The notes under the pieces: model-generated | What the model saw: the letters and a program-made list of their open reading frames with translations, nothing else | Told to the model about the DNA's origin: nothing | Database searches by the model: none | Part shown: positions 55,701-64,000 of the stretch, in pieces | Position numbering within the stretch: position 1 is the stretch's first letter | Layout of the letters: each line of letters starts with the position of its first letter | Origin: Curvularia clavata | Taxonomy: Eukaryota | Direction: 5' to 3' | Assembly (NCBI GenBank): GCA_023920165.1 | Contig: CP089279.1 | Span: 2,356,001-2,420,000, forward strand | Length of the DNA stretch: 64,000 nucleotides | Program-made: the position numbers and the translations under genes

Positions 55701-56531
55701 GCCGCTGCAGATAACCAACAAGTATACTTGGTGCATCAGCTCACGAGTGCGCTTTGTACGGATGAGTCACCAGCGGCTGACAGGGTGGCACTGCGATCAG
55801 CATTGTTGCAAGCCATCTTCCCAGCATACATTGAGGAGGCATTTTCGTCCAGCACCGCCTTCACGATTGGCCGACCGATTCTACTAGCACTCCCGTCCAT
55901 CCTCGACACGATGATCTTCGACCTACGTGTCACGCAGCCAGAAAGTGTCAATTCAATCACCAGCTGTATCATATCCGTCTCGCATGCCTTCATTCGTGGC
56001 ACTGAACAGCTGAAAGACAATTATCTCGAGCTCTTTCAGCGTCCATATGTATTTTCCGCATTGGCACACATGCTCGATGCCATGATATCTATCCTAGCGC
56101 TACTCAAGTACATGTGCAGTCGTACTCTACCCACCGCTGACGCTCCTCCGCTTGCCGCATACATCGACCAATTTATCACGTACATCGCTGCGCTTCTCCA
56201 TGACACCGCGCCAGACACGATACCCTCCTACCCCGCTGACTCTCACGCTCCGCCTCTGGACACACAGCACGCCAATCTTCTTGCCTTCTGCCGCCGCAGC
56301 CTGGAAGAGACTTTAAGCACGAACTGGAGTAAGAGCGCGGGGGCAATATGGTTTGGCGTCGGAAACGCACGGCGCGAAATTTTGCTGGACATCGGCACTG
56401 TAGAGGAAGAGAGTTTGAGATTCGACGACGGGGTTAGGCGTTTCCAAAGCGTGTTTGATGATTTGTATGGGTTTGAACAATATCATGGTGGGCATCAAGA
56501 TGATATCGAGTTTGACGATGTTGTTGTTTAG
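49740..56531 (+). CDS. MMS22: Mus7/Mms22 family replication-fork repair protein
   Basis: Intronless ORF of about 2260 aa starting MSKWRQKGFVQDSDEEE. Motifs RQRKPIQMHPY, GVLPASW, TYFHSSTFIGS, PNHGRAYP and LRNHHDLL. Confidence 0.88.
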   Translation: MSKWRQKGFVQDSDEEEEESQLESQGSRLNGGLHGRVERVEDDINQTEQTEEARGHVNKVEVCLGGDGENAGNVKRPDPQERSIATLVKRSSPKRPSPSTPKSAHNPRPQPSESPDPLQGSQTPRSQRTFRPLSSQQRLESPNRPHSSTVSIPQLNEVGLPLQTVRSPHTTPRVTVAENTHEPTRASNILNEFGIVPLSDNSDDDDLSDPPTDLESPPPYFVQPHRKTAVQVVITSSKALQQQLVQDRVQERSGRDFRQRKPIQMHPYLLENEEYKRTVQSRGLQPVGRLRSRSPQGNSRQKDNETQEQEFNPDEEPTSSPPDAEIPVSSPVALHPGKDAHPADSTRRPTSKPMRRLPSTQLRHPHATKRRKLNVSSTQTTMPPAGPPKSIFDNPVMQHDIWSIPPNSPPYSSSPPLQGNASVRRPGILRRMTPAPNLPTPSTSSVMQDDRRLGSDSDSDTAPRSTQRPDSGLRRPKRVVLTDSSSSDDGSASLAEQSDNELRSVSRKMKGVLPASWIRYEQQIQKQREAQQRERERTRANTALSPGRVAPVRGVAQKITRPSGRPPLSSAFNIHTRDTVVISDDSEADQSVPASHTIQTIRDSVADASALAQRFDDRYVDDDNLSNMEHDRLPLPTLGGVGSKRKKQSKLPDVFGKVKKSKSSNGTRKHSAHKKRPSNSLTEKRKQSNLARSRRVSPPAMSVVDAVLSPSERTARVPQFLRVARRQALRRPDLARQSPRNKQIRLHTGEDTEDANNTLQQWRQGSLKPRLDGAVKERRPRLPMVDRTNNKHDAEQQPLTDAESVKDLDGQSEVATEVSRIRPRRNIPLGLQVFQRPSPRSTQQSKDPSQTRKPRKRPEYMGSLLFRTAQLEGDESAFGRDHRKIAFEKGLLHVDQQFGKQLSNEYHVANPQLARCLADGYVEPPPLPHSADHVGEHATEALSKIGPTTKRRLKRKAQARRVDVDAREFRQPSEPAVQQVLGTISSPQVQELAAEQSSPMLHGLGPYGTRYPITFDIYSVTSETYFHSSTFIGSDEFHRALSIGKPGGRDLDEAAGFSAITCGTTSVRCGPWNDETSSTLYEMVRNASAFTITETSAGPPTGQVHPAQLARSLVVYISDHLSFLDPIDRKDCVTKSIRLCQTLFDGAMAAFDSTCGHGVGHNWCAMRTMTYMLVISLQLYRIAQHPHVDEDCRAEALTLIRNAAKTVVTHLVRQAVPELGSFLELNKRHTVREKGVQDNEIAIESTVVCMHVLEDLHISGWGFWDLVSQELSPQVSNATHISIFETTWAKLFTFLPFGEIDVTGIPLRNRRETFQDDNWICIRDILRRIFELYTNTRGKNSASLNDYVRANLARCHRLMTHWHWRRPELMLNAVIDFFGKHGLKGLRHEASVGSIAFLDDLNADPSMAVEPNEYSFHTALKCLALGLRGMKDVYPEKKIRSFVFRSVPNHGRAYPKDQPLDEGNLAALRNHHDLLSTLYWNAPPGCRPKLEQIKGLVNHESSHREACRLSVRAWTNLTTFQLSTEEPYASTEPFALWHKDIMHQTLRQYKLAKVEAEDFLKSVAVDGATDISAVMVRQTMEKNQEQVIATLRDCIAGMSKAIRHARDQSSLKKFLIASDIMHLLELPHLEDRRLIGVIHDTLKVLQEYSKVQRTQSRKEASQETSEESQDYGDFPDMDDLDDLDNLDQAVPAKQPQQSGLDFIQTPLWHLLSNAFGAESAPDDILLKDCVDTWVCIAGGQVASGERSWSYYLDSFSHMSWKQLRQTEQTRKFGPYFLAALIDCDPAVYKEHRTEFLQALMVSLVERESMLRFQYQLLHAIMRTDGRHPLMQNLPFFRDLQTGAWDINPDSLRTRRLGLISSILSNMRDDFYAISRNEPARTAEAKRVYVCMLRDFMESMKHNYQKLSQGTTIIGAYVEFVQKIVRFLKQYTSDILPVLPFFTDSAAFPLPAEDPTYVVARLCGYAPKLLDSGTAKQLSVFIETVVQQAAADNQQVYLVHQLTSALCTDESPAADRVALRSALLQAIFPAYIEEAFSSSTAFTIGRPILLALPSILDTMIFDLRVTQPESVNSITSCIISVSHAFIRGTEQLKDNYLELFQRPYVFSALAHMLDAMISILALLKYMCSRTLPTADAPPLAAYIDQFITYIAALLHDTAPDTIPSYPADSHAPPLDTQHANLLAFCRRSLEETLSTNWSKSAGAIWFGVGNARREILLDIGTVEEESLRFDDGVRRFQSVFDDLYGFEQYHGGHQDDIEFDDVVV

Positions 56532-57071
56532 CTAGCATGTATGCGGACTTTTAATACGCGGATGGTAAACAATTACGGACGTGTAATGTTCAGACGCAAA
56601 GTTTTCGTCTTTCTGATGCGAAACGAATTGAAATCAATGATCTTTGGACTACGCTGTTATGATGAATCACACTGTGCAGAAAAGAAAACTGATTGAACGA
56701 TTGTAACTGCAACAAGAGAAGCAGTTGCAAAACCGACCTGGTCGTTGCATCATTGACCGTGTTAATTTTGGCTCATCCAAGAAAAATCACATAGCACGGA
56801 AAGCACATTCATATTATCGTTCTTAACCGACTGAGTCTCTTGCAGCTCTCAATTTCCTTATCAGAGTCATTCTCATACCACGAGACAGAAACCGTCTTCC
56901 CAGTGTCTCCCCCAGAACTTACCGAGCTCTCATCCTCTGCGCATGTCCCCGTCCAGAGCAACGGGCCACCTTTTCAGCACTCACATGCACTACGTTTTAT
57001 CAACACTCTTGCTCAGCAGAGGTTTTGGTCCATCTCCGCACTTTCGATAAAGAAATTGGTTCCGTGAACTT

Positions 57072-60000
57072 TCAAGATGAACTGCCACCCTGTTCGTCGT
57101 TACCTTTATCCATATGTTAGCTGTATCCTCCATAAAGACAGGAAATGTAACATACCGGATTGGGGTGATGCGTCAGTGACCTCACGCTCTTGTTCCTTGC
57201 GCTCTTTTGCCTCCCGTTCTAGTCTTTGCTGCTCCATAATTGCATTGGTGGTTGCATAGTAAGATGTAGTATCGTGTTCAATGTGGTATTGGATAGCCTC
57301 GATATGAGTCATCTGTGAGGTAAAGGGGTCGTAGTTGTGAGTATCCATGGGAAAATGTGCAGGAATTTCTCCATTCGTATCAGGCTCCATAGTGGTGCTG
57401 GGTTCGGTAGCGGGTGTTTTCTTCTTCTTGGTTCTCTTCTTGCTCTTCGTCTTTTTTGGCGTCTCGGCTAGGGTATTTTCAGGCTGGGTGATGGTTGTTC
57501 CAATACATGTGTCCTGAGAAGGATCAGAAGTCTCGGGGTTGTCGGGAAGGGCAGACGGGGTATTGTTCGGTCCACCCATATCTCCTGCGATTGTCGAAAT
57601 TGATGAATGGCGCGAGATGGATTGACAAGGGACCATGGTACCTTCAAGAGTTATATGCAATCCATTGCGACTTGAAAATTTTCTCAACTCACTGGGTTGA
57701 GTATCACCAGTCTGGGATGGGGATGGTGTTGGTACAGCTAGTGATGAAGGACTTGAGAGGAAAGACTCGGTTTGAGCTGACGAGTCTTTTAACACTGCTG
57801 GGATGTTCGTAGTTTCGACCTTATCCGCTTTTTCAGTGATCATCGTGAATGCCTCCGCTGGCGATTTATCAATCCTCTTTTTCTCACTTCCACTGATTCG
57901 CTTATCTTCCTCCTGAGCTTTAGCAGCCTTTGCCTTAGATTTTCCCTTGGACTTCTTCGTTTCCTCAAATTCAGGTTTCTCAGTGTTTGAAGTAGTCGCC
58001 TGCGAGTCAGCGTGTACATCTGTAACCACGGAGGAAGTGGCGGAGATCGTAGGCATCTCGGTCTTTGGCTTTGGATCTGCGCAGCTTTTCCCCTTCTTCG
58101 ATGATGCAACTTTGTCAGCCTTATCAGCTTTGGCCTTGGCAATCCGATCCGCTTCCTCCTTCTTTTGTTGTTTCCTCTTAGTCTCTTTTTCCTTCTTTGC
58201 TTGAGCCTTGCTCTTCGTTGCGAACGGGTGAAGGGATTGAACCTGTTGCACTCCACATTTCTTGACCGCGTCTGTAGAAGCTCCCTTGACAGGAGCAGAC
58301 ATTTTTGCGCCCTGGTTCACAGAGCTAGTTTCTATATGTGCTGTGTCTGCGGCTATCCGTTTATCTTGGCCATAGCTCTCTCTTGGTCCAGAGGCCTCCG
58401 GGTTGCCTTCAGTGTTCGAGGATGCGGACGTCGGCTTCTCACGATCTGAATTTGATTCTCGAGGGGTGCCGATATTTGGGCCCTCAGATGTGGCCGGCGG
58501 TTCGAGGTTGTCTTGTAGTGGGCTGTTGTGTGTTATTTCAGAAGTTCGAATGACGATACCATGGTTCGCATCCGTTGATTGATCCAGAGTCTCTGGCTCT
58601 GACTCCATCTGCGTAGCTTCAGGTTGCACTTCTGGTGCAGAGTGAAAACTAGTGTCGTTTTTTGCTCCATCATCCGATGCATCGTCCTCGGCTCCTTTAC
58701 CTGCTTCGACAGATGATGCTGTCGTTTCATCATGCTGCGGAGTTTGGAATGGCTCACTGCCGACCGTCATCTTCATTTCAGTAGGTGAAGATTCAGAACG
58801 AGCCACGTTGTCTTTGCTTTGCGGGCTTTCCAATTGGGCCAACTGATCGAGCGGTTCTGCAATCGTTTGCCGCTTCTCGTTTGCCGCATGACACATGTCC
58901 TGAACTGCATTCGACGTGGATTCAACATGAACTAGTTTTGAATGAACATCTTGCACATTTGTGTCATCCTCATTGCTTGATTTACTGTTCTTGATGGTGG
59001 CTGTTGGCAAGACATCGACTTCCAGCTTCTCATTGGGGTTCGGCGTATCTACATGGGGATCTTTCTTGGTATGCGAATCTTTCTTGGCTTTGCATTTGGT
59101 TTTCTTTATAGGAGACTCATCTTCACGCTTCGGTTTCTCCAATTCGGAAATTTTAGTCTCTGTGAGGTCGGTAGCTTCCTTGGGTTTGGTGGCCTCCTTG
59201 AGGTTGTTAGCCTCCAGTTGTAACGTAGGCGGCTTCTTCTGCAGGTCGCTTCTAGCATCCTGGGGAGAGTACATAACTGTATCACTCGCTGCAGCTGTTT
59301 CAGTTTCGGCACTGGTAGCAGTGCTCTTGCCGTCGAGAGGCACGTTTACTACGCCGTGGGCATATCCATTAGCTGGATGGACGACGCGTGAATACTCAGA
59401 AGACGCTGCAGGAAATGATTCTTTTTGATAGTAGCGTTTTGGTACTGAAATTGCCGGCCGAACCTCGCCGTTTCGCAATCGAGGGTCGAATTGGTTGATA
59501 GTCAGGGCCGCCCTAGCATCAGCCGATGATGCGAAACTACAAGTGTCAGCTAGTCCAGAAGACTTGAACATCATACTTACTTGGCGAAGGCATGAACATG
59601 TCCCTTCACTGTGTTGCTTTTCACAGAGATTGAAAGAGGAGTGATTCCAACTGTCTTGTCGAACAGCTGCTTGAGCTCATTTTCACGGACATCCGGTGGC
59701 AAATCTCCAATCCAAAGCTCTTTGACTGTAGTGTTTTTCGGGCCAATCCAGGTATGACCACAGCCGTAGACAGAGTCACCAGTGATGCTTGTATCGTCCT
59801 CGGATAAACGCCGTCGGTTACTGGATTCGATTATTCGTGAACCTGTTGAAGGGATGTAATAGTGACTGCCTTGTACTAGACGGGCACTGGAGGAGGTGGA
59901 CGATCTTCGACCTCGGTTTTGCGGTGCTGTGAAATTGCTAGCTCCGCCCTTCTTTGCCAAATCGTTGTGTACTTGTCCTCCGCTAAACTTGCGGCTGGTT

Positions 60001-61568
60001 CCATTGTATGGGTCGAAGAGTTGGCCTGCATTTTGTTGACTGAGACGACGGGGCATCGGGGCCAGAGGATCAACCACCTGTGAGCGCATGAAGCCGGAGA
60101 AATACATGTTCGTCGCATCACCCATCGAAAGTGACTGCGGTTCTTTTTGCTGGTTCACATGAGCTGGAGACATGTGTGAACTTCGGAAGGCACCCATTTG
60201 ATAGTTTATGTGCCCTCGTGGCATCATTCCAGACTCCATAGGTTGAGCAGGACATGCTGGGTGAGTCAACACCGGCGGTCCTACGAAATAAGAGCCCATC
60301 GCTGAGCTTGGTATCATGGACGCATTCATCTGCGGGCCCACAGCTATCGGGGGTGGGCCGTATTGAGATTGGTGCATACCAGGTACCGGGAAGGGATATG
60401 GTCCAGGGACGGTGCGACTTTCGTTCTCAATCCATCCTTGTGGCTGGCTATGGGCTGGAGAACCTAAGTTCCGACTACCCTTGTGTACTTTCAAACCCTG
60501 CGCACCAATATTTGGAGATGTTGTAGATGGCGTTCCCATCCGCTCTAGCCCCGTGCACCTTGTATGGGCTTGCAGATCGTTTGCTGGATGCGACGAATGT
60601 GGCGCGATACGTTGAGGCGGAGATGACAATTTTGACTGATCTGGCCCAGAAACGGCTATATTATCCGTACGAGCTGTGTGTTCTGATGACAATGCTGTCA
60701 ATTTTGTTAGCATAGCTAAACTCAGTCACCATTTCCAGCAGTGTTTCTTACCAGCTTTCTTTCCAGTAGATGTGGTGATCTTGACGGAGGATCCCTTTAC
60801 CTCATCATTGCCTCGCTGAGCTACGACAGGAAGGTACTGATCTTGGTATGTATTGAATGCTGGAGCGTTCTTCAAACGAGCGTTGCTCCAGTCGGTGATC
60901 AGTATGAAAGCGACATGCCAAAGAAACGGCCGAGGAAAGGAGTTGAGTTCGCCAAAAACGAAGATGTGATCGAGAGCTGAGAGCGGATCGTTGAGATCGT
61001 ACACATTGCCGATGTGAATGCCAGTGAAGTCAACTTGTTGAAAATATGCTCGCGCCCAATCCTTGGCCAATCTGTCTGCGGCATGCCATGTGTCGCGCGC
61101 GATGAAGGTAAGCATCTGCTCACAGAATGTCCTACCATCGATATGAATGTCTGTGGCGTCCCAGAGATCGTCCACAGTCCATCCTTGATTGGGAAATATG
61201 CATAGGCATTGACCTTGCAGGTAGTCAGCAACTGAACCGGGTGTCTCTATCAAGGCGGTATACTCACTCTTGTACTTGAACTGCCAATACCTTGCCGCTA
61301 GTACCACAGCCTCAGCGTCATAGGGACTACGTGCAACGGCAGGTACCAAGTGCAGCTGTAACCGACGGCGGGCTTGGGTACCAAGCTCAGTGGAAAAGAA
61401 GCCCTGTCGGAGGCCCGGCCCAAACCTAGGGTCTCTCGTCGCATGCTGAACAGATTCAACAGTCGTCTTACCCATGTCAGTAGCAATGGCGTTGTGTGGT
61501 TGACCTGCACTCGCAGTAGCTAGCTCGCCAGAAGTAGACGAAGTGGTGGGACTAGAAGACTCTTGCAT
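57072..61568 (-). CDS. Large, mostly low-complexity protein with one RRM domain
   Basis: Exons joined by introns 60751-60695, 59580-59537 and 57155-~57104. RRM: KELWIGDLPPDVRENELKQLF...HAFAN|FASSADARAAL. The 3' end is uncertain. Confidence 0.7.
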
Positions 61569-62195
61569 TGTCGAACAATGCCGCGAACACTGCTAGTCTG
61601 TGACGGAAAGATCGTACGTGCCTAGCTGTTTGTGCAGAAGGATGATTCCAGTTGAGGGAAGAGCAATTATAGTAGGAAGGCGCAACCTCGTGTGAGAACG
61701 GAGAAAAGTTTGAGATACCAGGGAAGTAGTGAAATTTTGTGAGCAAACGGTTGTTCATCATCTGGGAATAGCGGAGCCTGGACATAACAACAAAAGAATG
61801 AGAAGTGAAGGTGAAGGTGAAAACGCATTATTTTCGCATACTATTTGTCCAATCTTGGGTTTTTTGCAGCCACTCTTGATGAATGGTCATTTCCCACGAT
61901 ATATGCGCTCAGGATAAGACCTGATAACACGACTATGGAAAGGAATCACAAAGCATTTGGAAGCGAAGCTACAAGGAAATCCACTGCACTTCCTCTCTGC
62001 GGATGCTCAAGAGAAGTTCCTGGGAGACATGTTTTACATATGCAGTAGTATGGAAGTTCCTAGTGCATAGCAAGGCCAGAGACCTGGAAGTGCCTCACAG
62101 AATTAGCTCATTTGATAGGTTGAATATACGATTAATTCTCCAGTATTTTGGCCGGAATGCAGTAGATGTGTGCAGACCAGTCTATTCCCCGCTGC

Positions 62196-62766
62196 TTACG
62201 CGCTGCCTGTCTCCTTTGGTATCGCGCGCACCAACTTCATAATCTCACTCTCATTGTCACCCACGACTGAAAAGTGTTAATAGACCAGATTCCCAAGATG
62301 TTTCTTACTCTACAGTGGAACAAACTCACCCGCCTTGCCTTGATTCCAGTCGACAACAAGAGGTCTCTGGAATGTCGCCGCATCAGCCTTCAGCCTTCGC
62401 ATAGCATCGTTCTCGCTCTCTGCTCCGCTGATGACTTTTCCTGCTGCACTTGGTCCGCCTAGGTAGTCCAGAATGTTTTTGAGCTGGTCGGTAGTCGGCG
62501 GTGCTTCTGTGACATCGAGCTCGAATTCTGTGCGCTCGGCTTTGTTTTGGGCCTGATGAGATGAGGCTTGGTCTTGCGTAGCACTTGCAACAGACTGTGC
62601 ATTGGCTTGTTTGAGCAGAGTGAGGACGCGAGTAGAGGCTTGATTTGAAGGCGCGTGGAAGAGCGTTACGACGTTCTTTGCGCCGTGCTAGGGAAATGAT
62701 TAGCAGCGAGCAATTGTCAATGCTTCACAGATATTGATTTACCTCTCCAAATAGTCGCTTGAACAT
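62196..62766 (-). CDS. FMP46: DUF1687 mitochondrial thioredoxin-like protein (Fmp46-like)
   Basis: MFKRLFGE|HGAKNVVTLFHAPSNQASTRV...PPTTDQLKNILDY...FQRPLVVDWNQGKA|VVGDNESEI; two introns. Absent from the ORF track. Confidence 0.85.
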
Positions 62767-63434
62767 GTTTGCGGTGTTGTGGCTATTGTTGCGCTGGTAG
62801 GTTGACAAACAAAGTCGTAGTGGTGCCTGGACAGCTTGGGTTGAGGTTCGGGTGTGACGTAGATCGTCTCGCTTCCGCCTGCCCCGTCTCCCGGAGCTGC
62901 TGCGGAGTCGTTATCGACAAGAGATCTACGACGCAGCTGCCTAGACACTCACTCGGCCACAACGTCTATGACTACACTAAGTCAGGGGGCTAGGCGGGTG
63001 CAAACATGCCAGTGGACCTAAGAGACCAAACACAAGCGACGTGTTGGTTGACGAGAGGCAAAGATGGATTGATGGCTCAAAAATCTCGCAATACAGTGGC
63101 AAACTCTCCTTGCCATCTGGTCGGCACGCAATTCATCGCAATTCACTACCATGGAAATGGACATCACTAATACCGGTAGAAGAGATTGGGATCACAAGCA
63201 GCTGGATTTCGTGATGCAGCCGTGCAAAAAGCAGAATATACATTTACGCCATGAATATGCCCCCATCATCCCAAAGTGTGGGATCATGCTGCTGCGAAGG
63301 AACGTGCCGTGGCGACGTCCGTGATTCCCACTCCCTCTGATCCAGAGTCATAGCCGTACAGAGGAAACCGAATTCATGACCATATTCTCTAGCTCATCGT
63401 GCTCGTTTCGTGCGCCCTTCCTCTCGTGCTTGGC

Positions 63435-63851
63435 TTATGAGGTTGGGTTAGGGTTCATCTGCTATCCGTCAGCGCCTGTTCAACCCGGAAAATTTCCTTC
63501 TCTACGGACCTTGCGCTTGCCACCGGTCATGGTGACGTTGACGAAACGGCGGGTGTATGTGAGCCTCTTCTTCGCGCGGCCCTTGGGGGTCTTCTTCTTC
63601 TCTTGGGGCTCAACCTAGTAAGGTGTTAGATCGGTTCTCCCTGTCGTGTTCGTCTCTCCCAGGTCCGGTCGAAGTTATGGGGTCGTCGTTCGACGGATGC
63701 GTTCGATCGGGACAGCGAGTTCACATGGATATGCTTACCTTGGGGGCTAGATGCTGTTAGCAGGCGCTCATCTTCATTCTGATGCGAGCCAAGACTTACT
63801 CTGAGACTTGACCTTTCCGGCACGAGCGAGGGATCCGTGAACCTTTCCCAT
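63435..63851 (-). CDS. RPS30: 40S ribosomal protein S30 (eS30)
   Basis: [37 protein letters not shown]...MNPNPTS*. Exons 63851-63800, 63746-63739, 63614-63510 and 63458-63435. Confidence 0.98.
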
Positions 63852-64000
63852 GTTTGCGGTTGTTGATGAGTCGAGTTGTTCTGTAGGGTGGCGAACTCGT
63901 GTTAGCAAGTGTGCTTCTGGTTTCCAGGCGTCGAGTGCAAGGGTGTGAAGACTTGTTTTCGCAAGGCTTCAGGAGTGATGCAGGTGCAGTCGGTGGTGTT

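Overview
Gene-dense, intron-rich eukaryotic DNA from a filamentous ascomycete. A Pleosporales-like Dothideomycete is inferred from the protein style, the ~45-60 nt introns and the RCTRAY branch points. I can reconstruct about 26 protein-coding genes, mostly housekeeping: GH16, Mpv17, IPI1, roadblock, DUF1348, peroxiredoxin, ARC19, UBP6, REC8, SDR, DIC1, MSF1, a Uds1-domain protein, PRS, PrpF-like, MGE1, RPB3, calcipressin, RPS6, AMA1, BET4, a small TM protein, MMS22, an RRM protein, FMP46 and RPS30. Many lie in tight divergent pairs. I recognised no intact transposon, rRNA, tRNA or CRISPR array. The most unusual signals are at the RNA level. (1) The two meiosis-specific genes carry the only non-GT introns I found: a 47-nt AT-AC intron with U2-type signals in AMA1 and a GC-AG intron in REC8, which suggests a meiotic splicing gate. 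(2) Two intergenic tracts (19520-21540 and 32960-34020) are packed with G.U-containing helices on the + strand and look like unannotated long structured RNAs. (3) RPS6, RPS30 and PRS have structured introns, and DIC1 and RPS30 have 5-nt and 8-nt microexons. All gene models and helices were read by eye, with no alignment or folding software.
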